A stretch of DNA of 41,064 nucleotides. Origin: a virus. Position numbers and translations under genes: made by a program. The DNA lies in the IMG/VR virus record IMGVR_UViG_3300046012_000660; one strand, 5' to 3'. The notes beneath the pieces are model-generated. The model saw nothing but the letters and a program-made list of their open reading frames with translations, was not told where the DNA came from and ran no database searches. Positions within the stretch are counted from its first letter, which is position 1, and the number at the start of each line of letters is the position of its first letter. Below, in pieces: positions 15,189 through 24,078 of the stretch.

Positions 15189-16316
15189 ATGGGAGAATAT
15201 GATAAAATGGCTCATGGAACGTTTGTTTCCACTGGCGCCGCTAAAGCCATTAACTTGCCATTTCAGCCTACACGGGTTGATATTTGGAACTATTCAGCAG
15301 CTCTCGCAGCTCCATCGGCTAACGCCGTTTTAACTGCGCACTGGGATAGCTTCATGGGCAACGGTTTTGCGATTGAACAAGCCTATAATGCCACTCCTGT
15401 TTTAGTTGCCGACGTTGTCGTAGCAAACGGGATTAGCGTATTTTCGGCAGGTTTATCTCAACAATTTGGGGCAAAGCAACAAGTTATTGGGATTACAAAA
15501 GCAAACCCAGCTCGGGTTAACGTCACTGCTCACGGATATTCTGTGGGTGATACCGTTATCTTAGGTGGACTTGCTCAGTCGGCCACAACTGGTATGAATC
15601 AGATTTCAGGAATTCCTTTTACTATCGTCACTGTGTCAGATGCTGACCATTTCGATGTAGAGTGGAATACTAACCAATCTAATTTCACTGCTATTTCTGG
15701 CTCGCCTACTGGCGCTTATGTGATGAAGGTTTTATACCCTTTCCTCTATGCACCAGAAGATAATGTTGTCTCTTTTGTAACAACTGGAGCGACAACTACT
15801 ATCACAACAACCATGTATCATAACTTTGAAGTCGGTCAAGAGATTGCTTTCCGCATTCCTAGCGTTTACGGAACAACTCAATTGAACTCACTTCCTAACG
15901 TTGTGATCCCTGGATCACCTGTGTATGGATATGTGCTCTCGGTAACAGATAACTGGACTTTTGTTTGCTCAATCAACTCTGTTGGTTATACAGCATTCAA
16001 TAGCAATCAGCCTTATGCTAATTACCCTGGATTGCAATTCCCGCAAGTGGTGGCTGTTGGCGATGTTAATTCTGGAGGCCAAGTTATTTACTCTGGCTCA
16101 CCATTATATCCATCACCAAGGTTCCCAACATCAACGAACCGTGTTCCTACGATCAACGGTCCTGCGATTAACGGAGCATTTGCAAACAACACAAGACAAG
16201 GATTTGTCATTGGTACAGGAGCTGGCTCTAACCTGACTTCTTCTGTTTTAGTTGGAGCAAACACCAATATCATTTATTGGGCTGCGTATTATGACAGCCT
16301 GGGATTGGGCAGCTAA
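15189..16316 (+). CDS. Capsid-associated virion protein (possible decoration protein or head fibre)
   Basis: Immediately follows the capsid gene. It carries two copies of a small beta-module (see findings). Function is inferred from position only. Confidence 0.4.
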   Translation: MGEYDKMAHGTFVSTGAAKAINLPFQPTRVDIWNYSAALAAPSANAVLTAHWDSFMGNGFAIEQAYNATPVLVADVVVANGISVFSAGLSQQFGAKQQVIGITKANPARVNVTAHGYSVGDTVILGGLAQSATTGMNQISGIPFTIVTVSDADHFDVEWNTNQSNFTAISGSPTGAYVMKVLYPFLYAPEDNVVSFVTTGATTTITTTMYHNFEVGQEIAFRIPSVYGTTQLNSLPNVVIPGSPVYGYVLSVTDNWTFVCSINSVGYTAFNSNQPYANYPGLQFPQVVAVGDVNSGGQVIYSGSPLYPSPRFPTSTNRVPTINGPAINGAFANNTRQGFVIGTGAGSNLTSSVLVGANTNIIYWAAYYDSLGLGS

Positions 16317-16358
16317 TTCTTTTATCGACTTGTAAATAAAAGTTGATATCAGCATTTT

Positions 16359-16395
16359 GAGGACGAGGACCTAACCACTCGTCCTCTTATTATTT
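16359..16395 (+). terminator. Strong hairpin (9-bp perfect stem gaggacgag/ctcgtcctc, 10-nt loop) plus T-rich tail
   Basis: Read directly from the sequence; it ends at the ATG of the next gene. Confidence 0.55.
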
Positions 16396-16818
16396 ATGGC
16401 AATCACCGGTCCAATCGCTTTATATTCGAATGTCACAATCACGGCACAATTCTACGCGCCCTGGCGCTTTGTGATATCTAATATTACGCTGGGAGCAACG
16501 ACTGTTGTGACTATGACAATCCCTTCCACAACAGAGCTTAATTACGTTGTTGGGCAACTTGTTAGACTCATTATCCCACCTACTTTTGGATGCCGTCAGC
16601 TAAATGAGAAAACAGCCTATGTGATCGCGGTAACTCTTCCAGATCAAGTTACGCTAGACCTCAATTCTATTGGGTCAGATCCATATATCGCATCGGCTGC
16701 AACGACACCCGCACAGATACTAGCGATTGGTGATATTAATACTGGGCCTACAAATACTGGTAGACAAAATAACCAAACTTACATATCTGGTAGCTTTATA
16801 AACATCAGTCCTAACTAG
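16396..16818 (+). CDS. Virion protein with one copy of the same beta-module (140 aa)
   Basis: ...NYVVGQLVRLIIPPTFGCRQLNEKTAYVIAVTLPDQVTLDL... Confidence 0.5.
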   Translation: MAITGPIALYSNVTITAQFYAPWRFVISNITLGATTVVTMTIPSTTELNYVVGQLVRLIIPPTFGCRQLNEKTAYVIAVTLPDQVTLDLNSIGSDPYIASAATTPAQILAIGDINTGPTNTGRQNNQTYISGSFINISPN

Positions 16819-16826
16819 AGGTAATT

Positions 16827-17420
16827 ATGACAGAAATGAAACAAAAACCAAAGAATCTTAACTCTGCATCTGAGAAAGAGTTAGATAAAGTCGCCCAGCA
16901 GTTCGACAAGTTCGATGCTGAAGTCAAAGAAATGACAATGGATCGTATGAATATGGCTCCTAAAGAAGAAGTAGAGCCACAAACCAAACTCTCGCAAAAC
17001 GAGATTGCGGCTTCTAAAGATGTTTATCTAAAACCCCACAAGGTGATTAGTTGCAGAGAGAAATTCAATGAGAAATACCGAGATGAATACAACTATCAGA
17101 AAGAGTACGTCAATTTCATTGCAGAACACAAAGAATTAATCGGAGAAAGCATTGATATTTGGACTAGACCTTTTCCTGGTATGCCCGCTGAAGAGTGGTT
17201 AGTTCCTACAAATACACCTGTTTGGGGTCCACGGTATCTCGCAGAGCAAATCAAACGCAAATTCTATCATCGCCTGGTCATGAAAGAAAACGTTGTCACT
17301 GATACAACTGGCATGGGTGTAATGTATGGAAAGATGGCCGCTGATACAACAATTCAAAGACTGGATGCTCAACCAGTGACTAAGAGAAAGTCAATCTTTA
17401 TGGGCGATAAAAGCTTTTAA
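16827..17420 (+). CDS. Hypothetical structural-block protein (197 aa)
   Basis: ORF with an upstream GAGG; charged N-terminal half. Confidence 0.55.
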   Translation: MTEMKQKPKNLNSASEKELDKVAQQFDKFDAEVKEMTMDRMNMAPKEEVEPQTKLSQNEIAASKDVYLKPHKVISCREKFNEKYRDEYNYQKEYVNFIAEHKELIGESIDIWTRPFPGMPAEEWLVPTNTPVWGPRYLAEQIKRKFYHRLVMKENVVTDTTGMGVMYGKMAADTTIQRLDAQPVTKRKSIFMGDKSF

Positions 17421-17437
17421 CCAAAATGGAGAAGAAA

Positions 17438-17545
17438 ATGGCTAAGAAGAAAGTTATGAAAAAAGAAATGAAGCGCGATAAGAAAGAAATGAATGAAAAA
17501 AAGCTGGTTTCTCATAAGAAATTCTTGGGGAAAAAGGGCAAATAA
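17438..17545 (+). CDS. Lys-rich micro-protein (35 aa; 39 aa if started at 17426), absent from the ORF track
   Basis: Translation: MAKKKVMKKEMKRDKKEMNEKKLVSHKKFLGKKGK. Its stop overlaps the next ATG (TAATG). Confidence 0.35.
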   Translation: MAKKKVMKKEMKRDKKEMNEKKLVSHKKFLGKKGK

Positions 17546-17730
17546 TGGCTAAAGAAAGCAAGAAAGCTCAGAGTAAGATTGGGGCGGTAATGCGCGAGTT
17601 CAAATCAGGGAATCTGCACTCAGGATCTAAGAAAGGTCCCGTGGTTGTTAATAAGAAACAAGGAATCGCTATTGCTCTTTCAGAAGCTCGTAAGAAAGGT
17701 ATGAAAGTGCCAGGAAAGAAGCCTAAATGA
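17545..17730 (+). CDS. Small basic protein resembling the bacterial family I recall as DUF6496
   Basis: KIGAVMREFKSGNLHSGSKKGPVVVNKKQGIAIALSEARKKG. Confidence 0.55.
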   Translation: MAKESKKAQSKIGAVMREFKSGNLHSGSKKGPVVVNKKQGIAIALSEARKKGMKVPGKKPK

Positions 17731-18959
17731 ACCTTCTCTCGGATATAATAACCTACGTCCGGCGGCTGATCAAATCTCCGTCGGATGCTGTTATCACAGA
17801 CAACCTGATTATAGACTATATTAATAGATTCTGGATCATGGATGTCGATGCTCGGATGCAGCTTTTCGATCTTAAAACAGTCTATACTTTTCAGACAGTT
17901 CCTGGTGTAGACCAATATAATATGCCACTTTATGATGTTCAAGTTGAAGGGGCAACGCCCACAACAAACATCAATTTCTATCCTGTCTATCAAGGGTTTT
18001 TACCATATGCAAGAATAGCTGGAGTTTCTGTCGGGTTTTATACTCAGAGAGCTGAATTCTTCTCTTATTGGGAAAACTACATCCAACCCTATGAAGTCGT
18101 GGGGATTGGAGATGGTGGCGCAAACTACACGCTTCAAATCCCTTTTGCTCCAGCATCACAGCAAAGTGTAAATGTAATTCCTAGTGGGATATTGAGAGGC
18201 CACGTTGATATGAGTGGTATTATTGCTACTGGGCAGAATGTCGATCCGCCGGTTGCTACAAATCTAAACTTGGCTATTCCCTACACAAGTATCTACCCAG
18301 CTGTGTATTTCACAACAGTCGACTCATCAGGTCAATCACGTGTTGTACAAGATTCAGGTCAGTTTCTAGAAGGCAATGTCAATTATGGCTTAATGATGAC
18401 CAACGGAACAGCTCCATCTGGATATCAGGAATTAAATGGAAGCCAGCAGTCTGTTGCTCAAGTCTATACAACAGCGCTCAATACCATCAATTACAATACA
18501 GGAATAGCCAACGTCACCTTTACTGATCCGGTTAGCGGAAGCCCTGTAAATATTCCATCGGGGCAGCAAATTAATGCCCAGTGTTATTACTTCAATCCTG
18601 GTATTCCAAGAGCTATTTTGTTCAACAACAACACACTTACTTTAAGAACAGTCCCCGATACACAATATTTGGTTGAATTAGAGGCCTATTTGTCTCCTGC
18701 CGCTTTCTTAAATGGAAGTACAGGAATTCAATTTTCTTATATGAGCGAGTATATCGCACGAGGCGCTGCTAGAAAGATTCTGTCTGATACCGGCGATACC
18801 GAACAATTTAACTTCTACGAGCCTCTTTTTAGAGAACAAGAGCTTCTTGTTTGGAAAAGAAGCCAAAGACAGTTTACATCAACTAGGACCCAGACGATCT
18901 ATAGTCAAGGAACTGGTCAAGGCAATTCAAATAGCGTTTACGGAGTAGGTACACCATGA
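17727..18959 (+). CDS. Virion protein, possible head-tail adaptor or tail tubular A-like (410 aa)
   Basis: ATGA coupling. It lies upstream of the nozzle-sized gene. The assignment rests on position only. Confidence 0.35.
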   Translation: MNLLSDIITYVRRLIKSPSDAVITDNLIIDYINRFWIMDVDARMQLFDLKTVYTFQTVPGVDQYNMPLYDVQVEGATPTTNINFYPVYQGFLPYARIAGVSVGFYTQRAEFFSYWENYIQPYEVVGIGDGGANYTLQIPFAPASQQSVNVIPSGILRGHVDMSGIIATGQNVDPPVATNLNLAIPYTSIYPAVYFTTVDSSGQSRVVQDSGQFLEGNVNYGLMMTNGTAPSGYQELNGSQQSVAQVYTTALNTINYNTGIANVTFTDPVSGSPVNIPSGQQINAQCYYFNPGIPRAILFNNNTLTLRTVPDTQYLVELEAYLSPAAFLNGSTGIQFSYMSEYIARGAARKILSDTGDTEQFNFYEPLFREQELLVWKRSQRQFTSTRTQTIYSQGTGQGNSNSVYGVGTP

Positions 18960-19525
18960 CAATAGCTTATTCTTCAGCCATTCCAGATCCAGTCAACGAT
19001 CCGGGAGATGATGTCTCGACCATGCAATCAAATGCAGGGGCAATAAGTCAAATCGTTGCGATAGATCATGTAGGATTTAATGTCAGTGGAAGCGGACAGC
19101 ACAATCAGGTGACGTTTAATGCAAATAATGTTCCTGTTCCACCCGTGAGCCCTCCAATATTGTTTACAAATACAGCAGCAGGGCTGCCTCAGCTCTTCTT
19201 TTATTCAGGTAATGCAGCTCACAGTTCAGATCAATATGTGATTTCAGGTAATGGCAGTGTTTTAGTCATGGGAGGAATTATCTTGAAGTGGGGAAGCTAC
19301 ACAATGGCCAATGGTGTTGCAACAACTCCGGTTGTCTTTGCAAGTCCTTTCCCAAACTCAAACCCTCCTTTTGGGGTTTATTTTGGTAGCAACGTCTCAG
19401 GAAGTCCTAATAACCTACCGATTGTTCAGGTAGGGACTCTCACAAATGCAGGATTTACTGCTGCTAGGGTCAGCGGCTCATCTGGCGGAACTTATACATA
19501 TTATTATCTTGCTATAGGCAACTAA
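18956..19525 (+). CDS. Tail-associated protein (189 aa)
   Basis: ATGA coupling. The C-terminus ...ILKWGSYT....VVFASPFPN... resembles small fibre or knob domains. Confidence 0.45.
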   Translation: MTIAYSSAIPDPVNDPGDDVSTMQSNAGAISQIVAIDHVGFNVSGSGQHNQVTFNANNVPVPPVSPPILFTNTAAGLPQLFFYSGNAAHSSDQYVISGNGSVLVMGGIILKWGSYTMANGVATTPVVFASPFPNSNPPFGVYFGSNVSGSPNNLPIVQVGTLTNAGFTAARVSGSSGGTYTYYYLAIGN

Positions 19526-19526
19526 T

Positions 19527-22181
19527 ATGCCTGATCAAATCTATATTGGTAACTTTGCAAAAGGTCTTACCACTAGTAGACTTCCGTTTGTCATAGATAA
19601 CGATTCCTTTCCGACAATGTTCAATTTCTATTCATGGAGAGGAAGGGCAAAAAGAAAAAGGGGTACGATTTTCTTAGGACAACTCCAGATTCAGGAGCAA
19701 ATTGCCGCGGTGCCGCTTGCATGGCAACTTGCCAGTTTTAATTTGGTTGCAGGGGCCGGAAATCTCATTTCTCATTACAGCCTTGGATCAAGCGCCTCGA
19801 TTACACCAGGATCGTTGGGTTTGATTGTAGGGGCTAATACCTATACAGATTTGAATATGGATGGGACTTTGCAGGGAACGCCCGCAGGTTCTGGAACCAT
19901 TAACTATACGTCAGGTACTTTTACAATCTCAGGAGGAGGTGCAGGTGCAGTTACAGGAACATTTTCTTATTATCCTGGAAACCCTGTTATGGGCCTTCGT
20001 GATTTGGCTTATAGTGCTGTCGCCAATATTCCTCCTGTGCGCTCTCTTTATCCAAAACTTTTAGCATTTGACACCACCAAGGCATATCAGATTAATCAAA
20101 CTACATCTGGACAGAACTTCTATAATGTAAGCTATTACAAGCAGACAAACAATCCTGTGACATGGAGTGGTCAGGACTATCAACAGTTTTGGACGACCAA
20201 CTATCAAGCGGCGTTATGGGCAACAAACAACAAGCCAGGATTTAATTTCGTTAATGGGACATATACATCCGGGAGTGGCACTGCGGTCATCACATTTAAT
20301 TTTAAATCCGGAGGAGTCAATTACACATCTCTGGTTGTAGGAGACAAGCTTTGGTTTAATGAATGGTCTACCGGCGGCAGTACGATCAATGGTTTAACAG
20401 GAACCGTTACAACTGCGACAGATGCAGCCAATGGAAACTACGTCGTAACTTTTACAGGAAATCAGACTGTTGCAGGAACAGGAATAGCTCAAACACTTAC
20501 AGCAAGTATCACGGGCCAAGATGGCATTAAATGGTATGATGGTGACCCAACTAGTGCGACTGGACTCCCTACAACCACCGCATTAGGCTGGGTCAATTTT
20601 GCCCCTCCTTTAACGGCTGCAACGGTCTCAATTGATGACGAGACGGCTGCTAAGTATTACTTAGTCGGTGCGTTATTAATCGTTCCATTCAAGGATCGTT
20701 TATTGTTTTTAAGTCCATGGATTCAGACAAGCACAGGTAATCCTATTCAGCTTTCAGATACGGCTTTGTGGAGCTGGAATGGCACACCATATTATTCAAC
20801 ATTGACGCCTGCTGGAGAAACTAGCGATGTTAGAGCTTATTACCAGGATCAAACAGGACTCGGTGGAAATCTTCCTGCTGGAACAGGTCAGCCGATTGCC
20901 ACCGTTGCTAATAACGAAGATGTTTTGATTATTGGATTTGGGGGAACAGGCCGTAAGACACGGTTTGTTTACACAAGCAATGATTTACAGCCATTTTTAT
21001 TCTATAACATCAACTCCGAGCTTCCATCCGATAGTACATTTTCTGCCATTACTCTTGATAAAGGCGCTTTAGATATCGGGGCCTATGGAATTGCTATGAC
21101 GGATCAGCAATCGAGCCAAAGGATAGATTTAGATATTCCAGATCAAGTGTTCCAAATTCAGGCGCTAAACAATGGCGCTTTGAGAGTCAATGCAGTTAGA
21201 GATTTTTACAGGGAATGGGTTTATTTTGCATATCCTGTAAGTAATAGCAAATGGAAGTTCCCGACTCAGACGTTTTTATTCAATTATCGAGATAATACGT
21301 GGGGAGTTCAATACGAGAACTTTACAGCTCATGGAACATATCGCCCCGTGTTGAAAAAGTCTTGGTCAACAATTGGATATCAGTCTTGGAATACTTGGAG
21401 AGAGCCTTGGAATTCCGGAGCGAATTCACCGCAGTTCCCGAGTATTGTAGCCGGCAATCCCCAAGGGTATGTTTTAACAAAGGGCCAAGGAACTGGCGAG
21501 GGAATATCCGGGACTATTCAAGCCATAGCGAGTTCTGGGGGAAATACTCAGATTACCTCCATTAATCATTGCGTTCGGCCTGGAGACTATCTTTATCTTT
21601 CAGGCATTTTAGGGCCAACTTCATATAATGGACTGATCGGAAGGGTTGAATCCACCTCAGATGCTAATACATTTGTCATAGACTTGCCATTTGATGCGAC
21701 AACTTATCTTGGTCTTGGCAAGTTTACTCGATTATCCCAACCGCTTTTACAGACGAAACAATTTGCAGTCTATTGGGATCAGGGCCGGCAAACAAGATTA
21801 TCTGCTCAGAAATATTTAATGGATTACACGGCCAGCGCACAAGTTACAGTCAATGTATACTTATCACAAGATCCCGATGATATATGGAATACGCCACAGC
21901 CCATTAATAAAACTTCTGCTTTAGTATACTCGCAGCTTATGTATACCTGTCCTGAGTCTACTAATATCGGCCTCACACCCGCTAATACAAATCTTCAAAT
22001 GCCAACAGCAGAAGGTCAGTTCCAAATTTGGCATAGATTTAATACATCTTTGATCGGAGACAGTGTGCAGATCGGAATTACACTCAGTGATGCACAAATG
22101 AGAAACTTGACTTACGCGACGAGTGAGATTACTCTACAGGGGATGCACCTTACGGTGGATAAAGCGAGTCATTTAGCGTGA
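19527..22181 (+). CDS. Large tail protein, possible nozzle or tail tubular B-like (884 aa)
   Basis: Supported by size, position and the N-terminus ...GNFAKGLTTSRLPFVIDNDSFPTMFNFYSWRGRAKRKRG. It contains inserted copies of the beta-module. Confidence 0.45.
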   Translation: MPDQIYIGNFAKGLTTSRLPFVIDNDSFPTMFNFYSWRGRAKRKRGTIFLGQLQIQEQIAAVPLAWQLASFNLVAGAGNLISHYSLGSSASITPGSLGLIVGANTYTDLNMDGTLQGTPAGSGTINYTSGTFTISGGGAGAVTGTFSYYPGNPVMGLRDLAYSAVANIPPVRSLYPKLLAFDTTKAYQINQTTSGQNFYNVSYYKQTNNPVTWSGQDYQQFWTTNYQAALWATNNKPGFNFVNGTYTSGSGTAVITFNFKSGGVNYTSLVVGDKLWFNEWSTGGSTINGLTGTVTTATDAANGNYVVTFTGNQTVAGTGIAQTLTASITGQDGIKWYDGDPTSATGLPTTTALGWVNFAPPLTAATVSIDDETAAKYYLVGALLIVPFKDRLLFLSPWIQTSTGNPIQLSDTALWSWNGTPYYSTLTPAGETSDVRAYYQDQTGLGGNLPAGTGQPIATVANNEDVLIIGFGGTGRKTRFVYTSNDLQPFLFYNINSELPSDSTFSAITLDKGALDIGAYGIAMTDQQSSQRIDLDIPDQVFQIQALNNGALRVNAVRDFYREWVYFAYPVSNSKWKFPTQTFLFNYRDNTWGVQYENFTAHGTYRPVLKKSWSTIGYQSWNTWREPWNSGANSPQFPSIVAGNPQGYVLTKGQGTGEGISGTIQAIASSGGNTQITSINHCVRPGDYLYLSGILGPTSYNGLIGRVESTSDANTFVIDLPFDATTYLGLGKFTRLSQPLLQTKQFAVYWDQGRQTRLSAQKYLMDYTASAQVTVNVYLSQDPDDIWNTPQPINKTSALVYSQLMYTCPESTNIGLTPANTNLQMPTAEGQFQIWHRFNTSLIGDSVQIGITLSDAQMRNLTYATSEITLQGMHLTVDKASHLA

Positions 22182-22663
22182 CAACCCCAACAAATAACCT
22201 CCAAGTATCCCCGTATCTCAAGACGCAGTGGCAATTTCCTTATGATGATCTTCGTGGATTATCTCATCAAATTGATATCTCTTACATCGATATTGCCTCT
22301 AAAGTCAATGCCCGCACAATCGGAACCTATGCAATAAATTATCCAGTTGTCACTGGTGAAAGATGGTACTTTTCTGGATCTTCAACACCGCAACAAAGCC
22401 TTCGTCAAGTTTATACTTTCACAGGAGCGGGTAATATCGCCCATGGGATAGATTTAACTGCGGTTTCTCAATTTTCTTTTAACACTTATGGCTCTTATAC
22501 CGATGGGACAAATTGGTATGGGGTTATCTTTTCTTCGTCTGTCGGCATCGCTGGACAGGTGACATTTTCTATCACTTCTGCTAACATCGTTGTCGTTGTC
22601 GATGCTGGTGCACCAGCCGTCACGAGTGGGACGATAGTTTTAGAGTGGCTTAGTCAGTTCTAA
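22178..22663 (+). CDS. Tail protein (161 aa)
   Basis: Overlaps the upstream stop; last gene of the tail block. Confidence 0.45.
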   Translation: MTTPTNNLQVSPYLKTQWQFPYDDLRGLSHQIDISYIDIASKVNARTIGTYAINYPVVTGERWYFSGSSTPQQSLRQVYTFTGAGNIAHGIDLTAVSQFSFNTYGSYTDGTNWYGVIFSSSVGIAGQVTFSITSANIVVVVDAGAPAVTSGTIVLEWLSQF

Positions 22664-22686
22664 TACAAGCAAAATTAAAGGAGTTT

Positions 22687-22878
22687 ATGGATTGGACACA
22701 GGTTTTGACTGTTTTTGCGATTATGGCTACGAATTTGATTACCGTGATAACGCTATATATTCATTCGGATAATAAGATGAATGTTTTAATGAAAACGATT
22801 TCTGATGAAATGAGGGACTTTCATGGAAGACTATGTGCTATTGAAGAGAGAAGAAACAAGATTTTGGAGAAAGGATGA
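22687..22878 (+). CDS. Single-pass membrane protein with a coiled-coil; holin-like candidate (63 aa)
   Basis: AGGAG SD. TM helix VLTVFAIMATNLITVITLYI, followed by ...EMRDFHGRLCAIEER. Confidence 0.35.
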   Translation: MDWTQVLTVFAIMATNLITVITLYIHSDNKMNVLMKTISDEMRDFHGRLCAIEERRNKILEKG

Positions 22879-23135
22879 CATCTAATCACCATGCAGTAGT
22901 GCGAACCCATCATCACACAACGTTTTGTGGTTGTTTGGAATCTAAAAAGGACTTTCCTCAAAAGAAAAATCCTTTGATGATTAAGACGCCACCTCCACTA
23001 AACCGATCCGATGCGACGTTGACGGATAAAGATATTGTAGACCTTTCAAAGTTTTTAAATGCGGATAGCTCTGAAGATGAGATCTTCAAAATGGAAGAGG
23101 TTCTGGCTATAGCGAATATTTATGCGGAGCATTAG
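22875..23135 (+). CDS. Hypothetical His-rich protein (86 aa)
   Basis: ORF with ATGA coupling. Confidence 0.5.
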   Translation: MTSNHHAVVRTHHHTTFCGCLESKKDFPQKKNPLMIKTPPPLNRSDATLTDKDIVDLSKFLNADSSEDEIFKMEEVLAIANIYAEH

Positions 23136-23141
23136 AGATAA

Positions 23142-23360
23142 ATGAAATTAAATGATGTTATCAATACTTCCATTGATGTCTTCCCTTGGAAGTTTGTCAA
23201 AAAAATCACCTTTCTTAAGCGAGAAGTTATTATAGAGTTTATTTCAGGGAATGGAATGACGGCAAAACATTCGGATAGAAAAAAATATAATGAATTTCTG
23301 GCAGAAGCCAAAAAGAATCTTCAGCCAGACCAGATTGTAATAGGGGATATTGATGAATGA
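23142..23360 (+). CDS. Hypothetical protein (72 aa)
   Basis: ORF only. Confidence 0.5.
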   Translation: MKLNDVINTSIDVFPWKFVKKITFLKREVIIEFISGNGMTAKHSDRKKYNEFLAEAKKNLQPDQIVIGDIDE

Positions 23361-23661
23361 CTGCCAGAAAAGAGGCCATCACAAGCTTTTTATCACCTGT
23401 GAAGAATGTGGACAGGTTATCAATGAGGCGACGTTAAAGGAGAAGGGCGGGTGGATCGATGTGAAGGATAGATTGCCGGAGATAAAACAAAGAGGGTCTA
23501 CACAAAACCCTTGCTCTGATGAAGTTCTTTGCTCCGATGGGAAAAGATGCTCAATTGGAATTAGATGGATCTGTGGGACGACAGAATATTTTCTTCCTCA
23601 CGATAGAGAAAATATGGATAAAATTACCCACTGGATGCCATTACCGGAACCACCGAAATGA
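23350..23661 (+). CDS. DUF551-like phage protein with an N-terminal CxxC
   Basis: WIDVKDRLPE...ITHWMPLPEPP is the DUF551 signature as I remember it. Confidence 0.65.
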   Translation: MMNDCQKRGHHKLFITCEECGQVINEATLKEKGGWIDVKDRLPEIKQRGSTQNPCSDEVLCSDGKRCSIGIRWICGTTEYFLPHDRENMDKITHWMPLPEPPK

Positions 23662-23801
23662 GCACAATCCAATGCTATTGGTGTTATAAAAAATCTGAAT
23701 ACAAAATGGGATGGGCTTTAGTTAATCTGGATAATAATGCGGTTTATCTATGCCCGACCTGCATGAAGGAACATTGTAAAATTTTGGAGCCAGCGAAATG
23801 A
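23658..23801 (+). CDS. Mini zinc-ribbon protein (47 aa), paralogue of 13107-13280, absent from the ORF track
   Basis: ATGA coupling. Translation: MSTIQCYWCYKKSEYKMGWALVNLDNNAVYLCPTCMKEHCKILEPAK. Confidence 0.5.
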   Translation: MSTIQCYWCYKKSEYKMGWALVNLDNNAVYLCPTCMKEHCKILEPAK

Positions 23802-23926
23802 AATTCGCCACCAGGTTCATAATCTTAGTGTTCCTTTTCATCATCACATATGTTCTACTCTTTGATCTGTGGTGCAGGCTTAGAACGATTCAAGATGGAC
23901 AAATTCAAATATTGGAGAGATTGTGA
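23798..23926 (+). CDS. Small membrane protein (42 aa), absent from the ORF track
   Basis: ATGA coupling. Translation: MKFATRFIILVFLFIITYVLLFDLWCRLRTIQDGQIQILERL. Confidence 0.45.
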   Translation: MKFATRFIILVFLFIITYVLLFDLWCRLRTIQDGQIQILERL

Positions 23927-23934
23927 AAGAATTC

Positions 23935-24078
23935 ATGTCTTTGGTATATCTCTTCTTAGCTGTTTTTATTTTGGCCTATGGAGCTATTAGAATAGATCAA
24001 GCGATGGGCTGGGAAGCTAAAAGAGTAAAAATAACATTATATATAGGAGTTTATGAAAAATATACATGGATCATCTAG
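23935..24078 (+). CDS. Small membrane protein (47 aa; alternative GTG at 23923), absent from the ORF track
   Basis: Translation: MSLVYLFLAVFILAYGAIRIDQAMGWEAKRVKITLYIGVYEKYTWII. Confidence 0.4.
   Translation: MSLVYLFLAVFILAYGAIRIDQAMGWEAKRVKITLYIGVYEKYTWII

Noticed and set aside
17568-17993. 141-aa minus-strand ORF in the track, with the similar antisense or alternative-frame ORFs 1892-2227, 2368-2634, 5298-5504, 5383-5715, 7529-7717, 8882-9088, 9497-9739, 10637-10825, 11257-11541, 12478-12699, 12659-12847, 12974-13255, 14876-15133, 15961-16236, 16088-16273, 17971-18159, 19861-20064, 21299-21565, 24107-24346, 24168-24437, 24244-24462, 24472-24834, 24521-24739, 25438-25668, 26018-26257, 26297-26530, 27536-27886, 28250-28447, 28350-28574, 29199-29477, 29913-30143, 30801-30998, 31148-31393, 31602-31808, 32611-32793, 33916-34218, 33989-34252, 34032-34262, 35504-35710, 36030-36215, 36552-36773, 37022-37285, 37855-38070, 38586-38777, 38872-39063, 39060-39344, 40147-40428, 40671-40943 and 40799-41017
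   Set aside because: Each lies entirely or mostly inside a longer ORF that has recognisable motifs, an SD site or coupling, and is on the opposite strand or in another frame. Their translations are low-complexity mirror images (Leu/Phe/Ser-rich or Cys-rich) with no SD. I treat them as shadow ORFs.
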